Positions 9,102-17,938 of a stretch of 64,000 bases of DNA are shown one piece after another (position 1 is the stretch's first letter; each line of letters opens with the position of its first letter). The stretch is taken from assembly GCA_028699255.1 (NCBI GenBank), contig JAQVUX010000004.1, forward strand, positions 24,668 through 88,667, in the 5' to 3' direction. The notes under the pieces were generated by a model. That model saw nothing but the letters and a program-made list of their open reading frames with translations, searched no databases and was not told where the DNA came from. A program made the position numbers and the translations under genes. Source of the stretch: Candidatus Omnitrophota bacterium. Lineage in GTDB: Bacteria; Omnitrophota; Gorgyraeia; 2-01-FULL-45-10.

Positions 9102-9611
9102 ATGATCCGGAAAACGGTCGTTGTAAACGACAAGATGCAGAAAAATTACCGGTATGTCAGAATCTGCGCGCCGGGGAAGAGGTTCGATCCCGGGTTCAAG
9201 CCGGAACTGACGCCGAAACAGATGCTCGCCCTCGGAATATTCGGGGGGCGGTATATGACCGATTGCCGCAAAGAATTTCCCGCCGACTGGTTCAAAAACG
9301 CGAAGCTTTGTCCTGCTCGCCATAACCCGGAATTAAATTATTTCAAAATTAACGCAAGTAAACCGCTCTCATACTGGCGCGCGAAGGGCTGGATATATCC
9401 CGAAGACCCGCGCGGGTGGTTCCAGTGGTATTGCCGCTACTATATGGGCCGCCGCCTTGAGGAAGAAGACGCATTCCAGATAAAAAGATGGAAGGCAATG
9501 AAGCGCCATATCGCCCAGGTAGAGAAACATTGCCCGAAGGGCGAAAAACTGTGCAGGCCCAGGCAGAGACAGGCCGTCTTGCATTGGGCGTACGACAGTC
9601 GGAGGATATGA
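9102..9611 (+). CDS. Conserved hypothetical protein (169 aa, basic, Trp/Cys-rich). It may be a partner of the downstream DUF523 protein.
   Basis: Clean ORF translationally coupled to the next gene (stop and start 1 nt apart). No motif that I can name with confidence. Confidence 0.5.
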   Translation: MIRKTVVVNDKMQKNYRYVRICAPGKRFDPGFKPELTPKQMLALGIFGGRYMTDCRKEFPADWFKNAKLCPARHNPELNYFKINASKPLSYWRAKGWIYPEDPRGWFQWYCRYYMGRRLEEEDAFQIKRWKAMKRHIAQVEKHCPKGEKLCRPRQRQAVLHWAYDSRRI

Positions 9612-9612
9612 C

Positions 9613-10185
9613 ATGAGTAAAAAAGATAAGAGGGTCATACTCATAGCGCAGTGCTTAGTAAACCCGTATTGCAGAGTGCATATTTTAGGGCAGAACTTCG
9701 CGCTATCGAGGGAGCTTGTAGATTATCTTATGGAAAAGAAGGTTGGTGTTATACAATATCCGTGCCCGGAGACGACCGCTATGGGATTAAAACGCAATCC
9801 GCAGGGCAGGGAACAGTACGACAGTATATTTTTCAGGAACCATTGCAAAGAATTATTGGAAGTTCCGATGTTGATGGTGCGGGAATTTGTAAAGAACGGT
9901 TATCGTCTCGTGTGTTTTATCGGACTCGAGAATAGCCCGACCTGCGGGGTGCGCTGGGGAAAGCATAAAATTAACAAATACCAGACGGAGTCTCCCAATC
10001 CGGTGGACAATCCGGCGCCGGACGAGCCGGTTTTGAAAGGTATAATGGCGGAGATACTGGCTGAGGAGCTGGAAAAGAGCGGGATAAAAGTGCCGCTTCT
10101 TGAATTTCCATCGCAGTCGGAATTAGGTTCCGAAAAACGCAAAAAATTCTGGGAAGAACTTACAAAGACGATAGAGAAGGAGTAA
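9613..10185 (+). CDS. DUF523 family protein (TudS-like putative [4Fe-4S] thiouracil desulfidase family)
   Basis: The N-terminal RVILIAQCLVNPYCRVHILGQN matches the DUF523 signature ILVSACLLGxxCRYDG. Additional conserved Cys residues (YPCPE and NSPTCG). Confidence 0.55.
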   Translation: MSKKDKRVILIAQCLVNPYCRVHILGQNFALSRELVDYLMEKKVGVIQYPCPETTAMGLKRNPQGREQYDSIFFRNHCKELLEVPMLMVREFVKNGYRLVCFIGLENSPTCGVRWGKHKINKYQTESPNPVDNPAPDEPVLKGIMAEILAEELEKSGIKVPLLEFPSQSELGSEKRKKFWEELTKTIEKE

Positions 10186-10187
10186 AG

Positions 10188-10808
10188 ATGCCCGATTCCT
10201 GGATGTATTTGTCAAGAAACGACACCCTCCGATCTATAAAAGACAGGCGCAGTACAAGGATGTTCAGTAATGAGCCGGTCGACGACGATGATCTTCAGAC
10301 TATACTGCACGCGGCGAACCATGCCCCGTCCGCTCATAATCAGCAGTCGTGGAAATTTATCGTGCTTAAAGGCGGGAAGAAGAGCGGCCTCGTAGACCTC
10401 GTCGGAACTAAATCGGCCGAATTTACCAGGCCTTCCTCGGTATTATTGCGTATGGCCGCGCGTAGTATAGCTTCCGCGCCGCTGGTTATCGCCGTGGCGA
10501 ATACCGGGGAGCTGATAAAAAGAGGCGGCGAGTTATTTAAAATAGAGAGCGGATCCAGCAGGGATTTTTTCCGGATTATGGAAATACAGAGTTCAGCGGC
10601 CGCTGTAGAGAACCTGCTTGTCGCCGCTACATCTCTTGATCTTGCGGCGGTATGGCTGGGCGTGCTGGTTTTAATAAAGAATGATGTTTTGCGCTTTCTG
10701 GGCGAGCCGGAAGGCGAATTTATGGCTATAATACCCGTGGGGCATGCCATGAAACAGAACGTAGCCCCAAAGAAACGGCCCTTAGGAATGGTCGTAAAGC
10801 ACCTTTAA
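10188..10808 (+). CDS. Nitroreductase family protein
   Basis: RRSTRMF and HAPSAHNQQSWKFIVL motifs typical of NfsB/FMN nitroreductases. Confidence 0.75.
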   Translation: MPDSWMYLSRNDTLRSIKDRRSTRMFSNEPVDDDDLQTILHAANHAPSAHNQQSWKFIVLKGGKKSGLVDLVGTKSAEFTRPSSVLLRMAARSIASAPLVIAVANTGELIKRGGELFKIESGSSRDFFRIMEIQSSAAAVENLLVAATSLDLAAVWLGVLVLIKNDVLRFLGEPEGEFMAIIPVGHAMKQNVAPKKRPLGMVVKHL

Positions 10809-10812
10809 CTAT

Positions 10813-11625
10813 ATGCAAAATATCTGGAACGCGGAAAAAGAAAAGGGTTACAAACGGTGGTTTTCTCCGGAACCAAAGGCCGCGTTTTTGCTTGTCCATG
10901 GCCTGGGCGCGCACGCCGGCAGATGGGAAGCGCTTGCCGATTTTTTCCGGAAGCGCGGGATAGCCTCTTACGCTGTAGAGCTTAAAGATTTTGCTTCCGC
11001 CGGAACCGGCCAAAGCGACAGTTTCGGAAGTTATTACCGCAAGATAATGCGTCTTCGTGAAATTATCGCGAAAGAAAATCCATCAAAAAAAATATTCGCC
11101 ATCGGTGAAAGCATGGGAGCGTTACTTATCTTTACTTTGGCCGCCGCGCGGCCGGGGATATTCGACGGCCTTATATGCATCTCGCCGGCATTTGCCAACA
11201 GGTACAGGCCACGTTTTTTATGGGCTATAAAAATGTTCGGCACGCTATTCTATAATCCCGCGAAAAAGATGAAATTACCGTTCGATTCGTCCTGTTGCAC
11301 GCGTGATCCGCTTTATATAAAGAAACTGGAGAGCGATCCGCGCGAATATCGCGCGGCTTCGGCGAAAGTCATATTTGGGTTGGTGATGGCTCAGCTCCGT
11401 GCCCGGCTTGCGGCACGCAGGGTAAAGGCGCCTGTGCTGTTTTTGACGGCCGGGGAAGACAGGATAGTCGATCCGGCGCCGACGCGGGCGATATTCCGCT
11501 TGGTCGCGGCGCAGGACAAGAAGCTCGTGGATTTTCCGGAAATGTATCATTCATTATCGATAGATCTCGGGCGGGAAAAAGTTTTTGAGGAGATAGCGAA
11601 ATGGGCCGAGGAGAGGATAAAATGA
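10813..11625 (+). CDS. Alpha/beta hydrolase, lysophospholipase / monoacylglycerol lipase-like
   Basis: LLVHGLGAHAGRW (HG oxyanion motif), nucleophile elbow GESMGALL (GxSxG) and a C-terminal His. It overlaps the glpK start by 4 nt. Confidence 0.75.
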   Translation: MQNIWNAEKEKGYKRWFSPEPKAAFLLVHGLGAHAGRWEALADFFRKRGIASYAVELKDFASAGTGQSDSFGSYYRKIMRLREIIAKENPSKKIFAIGESMGALLIFTLAAARPGIFDGLICISPAFANRYRPRFLWAIKMFGTLFYNPAKKMKLPFDSSCCTRDPLYIKKLESDPREYRAASAKVIFGLVMAQLRARLAARRVKAPVLFLTAGEDRIVDPAPTRAIFRLVAAQDKKLVDFPEMYHSLSIDLGREKVFEEIAKWAEERIK

Positions 11626-13103
11626 AATATATTCTGGCGATCGATCAGGGTACGACGGGAAGCCGCGCCGTGGTTTATGACAGAATGGGCAGGAAGATCG
11701 CTTCCGCGTATCAGGAGTTTCCCCAGCATTTTCCCCGTCCGGGGTGGGTCGAGCACGACCCGCACGATCTGTGGAATAGCGTGAATGCGTCGATTCAGCG
11801 GGTCTTGCGCAAAGTTCCGCCCGGCGCGATAGATGCTATCGGCATTACAAACCAGCGCGAGACGACCGTCATGTGGGACGCCCGCACAGGCCGGCCGGTG
11901 CATAACGCGATAGTCTGGCAGTGCAGGAGGACCGCGTCCAGATGCGATGAGATGAACGCAAGGCGCGGCGAGAGCGCGTTTTTTAAATTGCGCACGGGGC
12001 TACCTGTAGACGCGTATTTTTCCGCGACGAAGATCGAGTGGATACTGAAGAACGTGCCGGGTGTCATGGCCAGGGCGCGGCGCGGTCAGATACTTTTTGG
12101 AACGCCGGATACCTGGATACTTTGGAAACTTACAGGCGGAAGAACCCACGCGACCGATTATACCAACGCCTCGCGGACGATGTGTTTTAATATAGCGAAG
12201 CGCGAATGGGATAAAGATATATTGAAAAGATTCGGCATTCCTTTTGAAATACTGCCCGAAGTAAAAAGATCGTCGGGTGTATTTGGCCACACAGTCGCGA
12301 CGCTCCGGCTCCCGGCGGGTATTCCTATATCCGGGGTAGCGGGCGACCAACAGGCCGCGTTATTCGGCCAGGCGTGTTTCGAGCCGGGTACAATAAAGAA
12401 TACGTATGGCACGGGATGTTTTGTTCTCATGAATACGGGCACTAAGCGGCCGGTCTCGAAGCACGGGCTTATAACCACGCTCGCTTGCGGCGCGCGCGGC
12501 GAACCGGTATATGCCCTGGAAGGCTCGGTATTCGTCGCCGGGGCGGCGATACAGTGGTTGCGCGATGGACTCAAACTCGTAAAGCACGCCGCGCAGTCAG
12601 AAGCGCTCGCCGCGTCTATCGCGGATAACGGCGGAGTTTATTTCGTGCCGGCGCTCGTGGGGTTGGGCGCGCCGTACTGGGACCAGGACGCGCGGGGTGC
12701 GATATACGGCATTACGAGGGGGACGCACGCTTCCCATATAGTACGCGCGGCGCTCGAGGCGATGTGTTATCAGACAAAAGACGTCATCGACGCGATGCGT
12801 AAAGACTCGCGTCTTTCGATAAAGAGTTTAAAGGTCGACGGCGGCGCTTCCGCGAATAATTTTTTGTGCGGTTTTCAGGCGGGCGTACTCGGCATAAATG
12901 TGATAAGGCCCAAGATTGTGGAGACGACCTCGCTCGGCGCGGCATATCTGGCGGGGCTTGCGACCGGCTACTGGAAAGATACGCAACAGATAAAAAAGTG
13001 CTGGGAGGTCGACCGGGTATTCCGGCCGGAGATGCCGCATAGAGAATCAGCCGCTTTATATGCCGGTTGGCGCCGGGCGATCGCGAGGACGGTGACTAAA
13101 TGA
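11622..13103 (+). CDS. glpK: Glycerol kinase
   Basis: The N-terminus MKYILAIDQGTTGSRAVVYD is the canonical FGGY kinase start. Full-length conservation across about 495 aa. Confidence 0.92.
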   Translation: MKYILAIDQGTTGSRAVVYDRMGRKIASAYQEFPQHFPRPGWVEHDPHDLWNSVNASIQRVLRKVPPGAIDAIGITNQRETTVMWDARTGRPVHNAIVWQCRRTASRCDEMNARRGESAFFKLRTGLPVDAYFSATKIEWILKNVPGVMARARRGQILFGTPDTWILWKLTGGRTHATDYTNASRTMCFNIAKREWDKDILKRFGIPFEILPEVKRSSGVFGHTVATLRLPAGIPISGVAGDQQAALFGQACFEPGTIKNTYGTGCFVLMNTGTKRPVSKHGLITTLACGARGEPVYALEGSVFVAGAAIQWLRDGLKLVKHAAQSEALAASIADNGGVYFVPALVGLGAPYWDQDARGAIYGITRGTHASHIVRAALEAMCYQTKDVIDAMRKDSRLSIKSLKVDGGASANNFLCGFQAGVLGINVIRPKIVETTSLGAAYLAGLATGYWKDTQQIKKCWEVDRVFRPEMPHRESAALYAGWRRAIARTVTK

Positions 13104-14545
13104 ATAACTATGACGTCATAATAATAGGCGGTGGCGTTGCGGGTACGGCGATAGCGCGCGAACTTTCGCGGTATCGCCTGAAGGTTAGCTTACTGGAAAA
13201 AGAGGTAGAGCTTGCCTTCGGTGTTTCCAAATCGAATAGCGGCATAATCCATCCCGGCACACAGCATAAGCCGGGTTCGCTTAAAGGACGGCTTTGCGTC
13301 GAGGGTAACGCGCTCACTAAACGGCTTGCCAAAGAGCTTTCGGTGGATTTTAAAGAAGTGGGGGAGCTCATCGTCGCTTTCAACGAAGAAGAACGCCTGC
13401 GGCTTCTGCAATTGAAGAAAGATGGCGACGAGCTCGGCGTGCCGCGCCTTACGATGGTCGATAGGGAATGGCTAAGAGCCAACGAGCCTAATCTATCTGA
13501 AAATGTCGTAGCCGCGCTTTACGCGCCGACGGCAGGGATCATAAGTCCATATCGCTGGGTTTACGATTTCGCAGAGAATGCCGCCGCGAACGGCGTTGAG
13601 ATACGCACCAGCGCGAAAGTCGAAAATATCCGTCAGGTAAATCCTGGATTCGAGATAGACACAACAAAAGGAATATTCAAAGGCCGGTATGTGGTTAATA
13701 CTGCGGGACTCTATGCCGATAGCATATCTGCGATGGTCGGAGTGAGCGATTTTAAAATACAACCGCGTAAAGGCGAGGAGTTTCTTCTCGATAAGAAGCG
13801 GGAAAACATAACCAAACATCTTCTTTTCCCGCTACCGTCGAAGATATCCAAAGGCATATTGGTTACAAGGACTTCCGACGGCAATCCGATGATAGGCCCG
13901 ACGTCTGAAGATGTCGGTGACAAAGAGGATCTGGCGACGACCGAAGCGGGGCTTAGTAAAGTCCTCGAAGGCGCCAGGAAGATGGTTCCTTCTATAAACC
14001 CAAACGATATTATCGCGTATTTCGCGGGTTTAAGGCCTGTCGCCGGGGAAGATTTTATAATAAGGCATGAGGGTAGCGCGCCGGGATTTATCAATGTCGC
14101 CGGAATACAGTCGCCCGGGCTTACCGCCGCGCCGGCCATAGCGCTTATGGTCGCGGGCCTTCTTAAGAGTAACGGCCTTAAAATGAGGAGAAAATTTTTC
14201 TTCCGCGCTCATCGCAGGGAAGAGGCGCATCTTTTCGCCGTTGGGTTGGATAAGGCGAAAAGTCTTATAGAAAAAGACCCGTCGTACGGCGATGTCGTTT
14301 GCAGATGCGAGACGGTATCGGCGAAAGAAGTGCGCGAGGCTATTGCGCGCGGAGCCGTAACGATGGACGGGATAAAATTCAGGACGCGCGCGCAGGCCGG
14401 GCGCTGTCACGGCAGTTTCTGTACGCCGCGACTTATGAAGATACTGGCGGAAGAGACGGGAAAGCCGCTTACGGGAGTTACGAAACGCGGTGAGGGGTCG
14501 GAATTGGTCAAGGAGCAAAGGGGTGAGGAAAAGACCGATGGTTAA
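13100..14545 (+). CDS. glpA: FAD-dependent glycerol-3-phosphate dehydrogenase/oxidase (anaerobic GlpA-like) with a C-terminal BFD-like [2Fe-2S] domain
   Basis: Dinucleotide-binding motif VIIIGGGVAGTAIARELS. The C-terminal segment CRCETVSAKEV...AGRCHGSFC is BFD-like. ATGA overlap with glpK. Confidence 0.8.
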   Translation: MNNYDVIIIGGGVAGTAIARELSRYRLKVSLLEKEVELAFGVSKSNSGIIHPGTQHKPGSLKGRLCVEGNALTKRLAKELSVDFKEVGELIVAFNEEERLRLLQLKKDGDELGVPRLTMVDREWLRANEPNLSENVVAALYAPTAGIISPYRWVYDFAENAAANGVEIRTSAKVENIRQVNPGFEIDTTKGIFKGRYVVNTAGLYADSISAMVGVSDFKIQPRKGEEFLLDKKRENITKHLLFPLPSKISKGILVTRTSDGNPMIGPTSEDVGDKEDLATTEAGLSKVLEGARKMVPSINPNDIIAYFAGLRPVAGEDFIIRHEGSAPGFINVAGIQSPGLTAAPAIALMVAGLLKSNGLKMRRKFFFRAHRREEAHLFAVGLDKAKSLIEKDPSYGDVVCRCETVSAKEVREAIARGAVTMDGIKFRTRAQAGRCHGSFCTPRLMKILAEETGKPLTGVTKRGEGSELVKEQRGEEKTDG

Positions 14546-15482
14546 AAGAGATATTGTGGTTATAGGCGGAGGCCCGGCTGGTATGGCGGCCGCGGCGGCG
14601 GCTTACGCGGCCGGGATAAAGGATATTCTTCTCATAGAGCGCGACCAGTATCTGGGCGGGCTTCTCAACCAATGCGTCCATACGGGATTCGGGATAGGTT
14701 ATTTTAAACAATTACTTACGGGCCCGGAATACGCCGACAGATTTATAAAGAAGATAAACGCGATATCGGACATAGAGGTAAGCCTGCGATCGTTCGTCGT
14801 GCGCCTGGCGCCCGATAAGACGGTTACATATCTTGTGCCGGGTAAACTTTGCGAAGTACAGCCGCGCGCGCTTATAATGGCGACCGGTTGCCGCGAGAGG
14901 ACACGCGAGATGATACACATCCCCGGCACGAGGCCTGCGGGCGTATTTTCCGCCGGGCTCGCCCAGCGGCTTATAAATATCGAGGGGTTGTTGCCGGGCA
15001 GGGAAGTGGTGATAATCGGTTCCGGTGACATAGGGCTTATCATGGCGCGGCGTTTTACGTTCGGCGGCGCGAAGGTCAAAGCGATAGTCGAGATACAGCC
15101 GAAGACCAGGGGGCTGGCGCGCAACGTCGTCCAGTGCGTTGATGATTTCGATATACCGGTATATTTTAATCACAAAGTCAGGAAGATCCGCGGCCAGGAA
15201 AGGGTTGAAGGTGTCGATATCGTTCGCATCGATGAGAATATGAATGAAATAGCCGGCACGGAGCTTAAAATAGACTGTGATACCGTGCTCGTATCGGTCG
15301 GGCTTATTCCGGAGAACGAACTTATCGAGATGGCGGGTTTTACCATCGATGAGGAGAAGAACCCGGGAGTATTCGTCTGCGGAAACGCGCGCAAAGTTTA
15401 TGACTATGTCGACTCTGTAACCGCCGATAGCGAGCTTGCCGGTAAGCGCGCCGCGGAGTTTATAATAAGAGGTAGCCGATGA
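14538..15482 (+). CDS. NAD(P)/FAD-dependent oxidoreductase (pyridine nucleotide-disulfide oxidoreductase family), second subunit of the clostridial/Thermotoga-type G3P dehydrogenase complex
   Basis: VVIGGGPAGMAAA and VVIIGSGDIGL Rossmann motifs. The start is chosen at ATG 14538, overlapping the glpA-like stop (ATGGTTAA). Confidence 0.75.
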   Translation: MVKRDIVVIGGGPAGMAAAAAAYAAGIKDILLIERDQYLGGLLNQCVHTGFGIGYFKQLLTGPEYADRFIKKINAISDIEVSLRSFVVRLAPDKTVTYLVPGKLCEVQPRALIMATGCRERTREMIHIPGTRPAGVFSAGLAQRLINIEGLLPGREVVIIGSGDIGLIMARRFTFGGAKVKAIVEIQPKTRGLARNVVQCVDDFDIPVYFNHKVRKIRGQERVEGVDIVRIDENMNEIAGTELKIDCDTVLVSVGLIPENELIEMAGFTIDEEKNPGVFVCGNARKVYDYVDSVTADSELAGKRAAEFIIRGSR

Positions 15483-15874
15483 CGACGAAAAAGTTCACCT
15501 GTATAGAATGCCCGAGGGGCTGTACGCTTTCGGTGGATATTGAAAACTGCAAGGCCGTAAAAGTTACAGGCAACGGTTGTCCTAAGGGGGTCGCGTATGC
15601 CCTGACCGAAGTGGAAGCCCCGGTAAGGATATTGACCGCCACCGTTATTGCCGATGGCCTTGCGTTGAAGCTGGTTCCCGTGCGGACGGACAAACCCATT
15701 CCAAAGACGGATCTTTTTAAGGCGATGGAGGAGATAAGGAAGATACGGATACTTCGGCCGGTGAAATGCGGCGATGTGATAGAGGAAAATTTCCTCGGGT
15801 TGGGCGTGAAGCTGATAGCCACCAGAGAGGCAACCGAGGATAGAATAACCGCGCATAGAATAACCGCGTATTGA
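15479..15874 (+). CDS. DUF1667 domain protein (small Cys-rich subunit commonly encoded after glpA-like oxidoreductase pairs)
   Basis: CIECPRGCTLSVD...GNGCPKG motifs. Its last 12 codons (EDRITAHRITAY) are encoded by the tandem repeat array that starts at 15843. Confidence 0.7.
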   Translation: MTTKKFTCIECPRGCTLSVDIENCKAVKVTGNGCPKGVAYALTEVEAPVRILTATVIADGLALKLVPVRTDKPIPKTDLFKAMEEIRKIRILRPVKCGDVIEENFLGLGVKLIATREATEDRITAHRITAY

Positions 15875-16083
15875 GAATAACCGCGTATAGAATAACCGCG
15901 TAGGTTATTCTGTGGTAAGCCGGTAGTAAACCTACGCGGTTAACAGGTTGAGAATAACCGTGCGTAGAATAACCGCGTATAGAATAACCGCGTAGGTTAT
16001 TCTGTGGTAAACCGGTAGCAAACCTACGCGGTTAACAGGTTGATATTCTGTGGTAAGCCGGTAGCAAACCTACGCGGTTAGCA
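15843..16083. repeat. Intergenic repeat array of 2.5 copies of an approximately 110-bp unit. Each unit has 2-3 tandem 15-mers (AGAATAACCGCGTAT) followed by a strong hairpin with a 15-bp perfect stem (TAACCGCGTAGGTTA / TAACCTACGCGGTTA).
   Basis: Left arms at 15893-15907 and 15985-15999. Right arms at 15929-15942, 16021-16034 and 16067-16080. Loops are about 21 nt. There are no regularly spaced unique spacers, so it is not CRISPR. A related solo copy lies at 59519-59572. Confidence 0.85.
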
Positions 16084-16100
16084 TGTGAGGAGAAGATAGA

Positions 16101-17231
16101 GTGGAAGCATTAAACGCGATATGGACTTTTCCGGCGATAATACTTGCCGCTATGCTTATAGCCTGGTCGGCGGAATGCGGCCAATTCTTCATCTCGCAGG
16201 GGCTTGCCCTCGCGGTGCTCGCGTGGGTGCAGACACTTCCCGAGTTTGCGGTCGAAGCGGTTATCGCTTTTAGCGCCGCGAAGGATTCGGCAAAATTACA
16301 TCTCATCACGGCCAACTTCACCGGTTCTTTGAGGTTATTCGTGGGTCTCGGCTGGCCGATGGTCTATTTCGTCTCGATGTTCTTCGGTAAAATAAAGGGA
16401 CGTGACAGATATTCCTGGTCCATAAAATTACATGATGAACATGCCGTCGCCATATTGGCGCTTCTTCCGGCGCTTATCTATTTTATGGTGATATATTTCA
16501 AAGGGACGCTAAATGTTTTTGACGGCGTCATTCTTGGAGCGATCTACTTCGCGTACCTGTACGCTCTGTCAAAATTTCCCGCCCGCGACAAGGAGGGTGT
16601 GAATGATCTCGGTCGCGTTCCGAAATATGTCATGAAGTTAAAATATCCCGCCGATATCATATGGATTATAGGTTTATTTTTAGCCGGCGCGGTGATCATA
16701 TTTTTCTCGGCGCACCCTTTTCTTAATTCGATGCTTGCCATAGCCGTATCTATGGGTATATCTCAATTCGTTTTTGTCCAGTGGGTGTCGCCGTTTTTAA
16801 GCGAATTTCCGGAGAAACTCTCTGCGTTTTACTGGGCGCGAAAGGTCACGAAGGCTCCGATGGCGCTGGTCAATTTTGTGTCCTCCTCTATAAACCAGTG
16901 GACGATACTTGTGGCGATGATACCGTTTATTTATTCGTTCGGCCTCGGTCATTTCGCGCCGGTCGTATTCGACGGCCACCAGAAGGCCGAAATACTATTG
17001 ACGATAGTCCAGTCCTACCTGGGGTTTTTATTCCTGGCGAGCATGGACTTCGGCTTCTTCGAAGCGGCGGCGCTTTTTATCCTATGGCTTACCCAGTTCA
17101 TCTTTCCAGACATCCGCCGCGAAATAACGTGGGTTTACGGCGCATGGGCGATCATCGAGACATTCCGTCTCGTGAAGAATTTCGATAAACGTAATGCTTT
17201 CCATGTACTGTTTAAGAGGGCATCTAAATGA
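16101..17231 (+). CDS. Polytopic membrane protein, tentatively sodium/calcium exchanger (CaCA)-like
   Basis: GTG start with a GAGGAG RBS (16087-16092). About 10 TM helices. Two alpha-repeat-like segments (QTLPEFAVEAV and LSEFPEKLSAF) resemble the CaCA GTSLPEL motifs. The family assignment is weak. Confidence 0.45.
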   Translation: MEALNAIWTFPAIILAAMLIAWSAECGQFFISQGLALAVLAWVQTLPEFAVEAVIAFSAAKDSAKLHLITANFTGSLRLFVGLGWPMVYFVSMFFGKIKGRDRYSWSIKLHDEHAVAILALLPALIYFMVIYFKGTLNVFDGVILGAIYFAYLYALSKFPARDKEGVNDLGRVPKYVMKLKYPADIIWIIGLFLAGAVIIFFSAHPFLNSMLAIAVSMGISQFVFVQWVSPFLSEFPEKLSAFYWARKVTKAPMALVNFVSSSINQWTILVAMIPFIYSFGLGHFAPVVFDGHQKAEILLTIVQSYLGFLFLASMDFGFFEAAALFILWLTQFIFPDIRREITWVYGAWAIIETFRLVKNFDKRNAFHVLFKRASK

Positions 17232-17938
17232 CGAAAGAGAAGATACTCATAATCGAAGATGAAAAAGATATTATCAGGATGCTCGAATATAACCTTAAGA
17301 AGGAAGGGTATGATACGGCTTCCACGCGTAACGGCCAAGACGCAGTTGATGCGGCCAGCAAAGAGCGCCCCGATCTAATACTTCTCGACCTGATGCTGCC
17401 AGGTATGAATGGCTTCGAAGTGTGCAAGGCATTAAAAGATAAAGACTCGCGCCAGACGATTTCAATCCCGATAATTATGCTTACCGCTAAGTCTCAGGAG
17501 TCCGATAAGATCGTAGGATTGGAACTTGGGGCGGATGATTACGTGACTAAGCCGTTTAGCCCGAAGGAACTCATCGCCCGGATAAGAGCGGTGTTGCGGC
17601 GAGCTAAAGAAAAAGGCCGGCCCCTGGAGGTGTTGAAGGCGGGGGATCTCGTTATCGATTTTTTAAAGATAACGGTAATGGTAAAAAATAAACCGGTAAT
17701 GCTTACCGCGAAAGAGTTCGAGCTTTTAAAGACGCTGGTAAAGGCCAACGGCAGGATGTTGTCGCGCGACTACCTGCTTAATACGATATGGGGACTCGAC
17801 CAGTCGCTCGAGATACAGACGCGCACAGTCGACGTGCACATAAGAACTTTGCGTAAAAAACTGAAGAGCGCCTCTAAATATATCGTAACGGTTAAAAACT
17901 ACGGATACAGGTTCGAAGACGAGAATGAAGATTACTAG
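17228..17938 (+). CDS. OmpR/PhoB-family response regulator (PhoB-like by context)
   Basis: Receiver domain (ILIIEDE, DLILLDLMLPGMNG, K in MLTAKS) plus a winged-helix domain (RTVDVHIRTLRKKL). It lies adjacent to a PhoR-like kinase and the pst operon. Confidence 0.85.
   Translation: MTKEKILIIEDEKDIIRMLEYNLKKEGYDTASTRNGQDAVDAASKERPDLILLDLMLPGMNGFEVCKALKDKDSRQTISIPIIMLTAKSQESDKIVGLELGADDYVTKPFSPKELIARIRAVLRRAKEKGRPLEVLKAGDLVIDFLKITVMVKNKPVMLTAKEFELLKTLVKANGRMLSRDYLLNTIWGLDQSLEIQTRTVDVHIRTLRKKLKSASKYIVTVKNYGYRFEDENEDY

Noticed and set aside
15843-16083. Possible CRISPR array
   Set aside because: The repeats are contiguous tandem units with internal palindromes and no unique spacers of regular length. 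No cas genes are present. It is better explained as a REP/MITE-like palindromic array.
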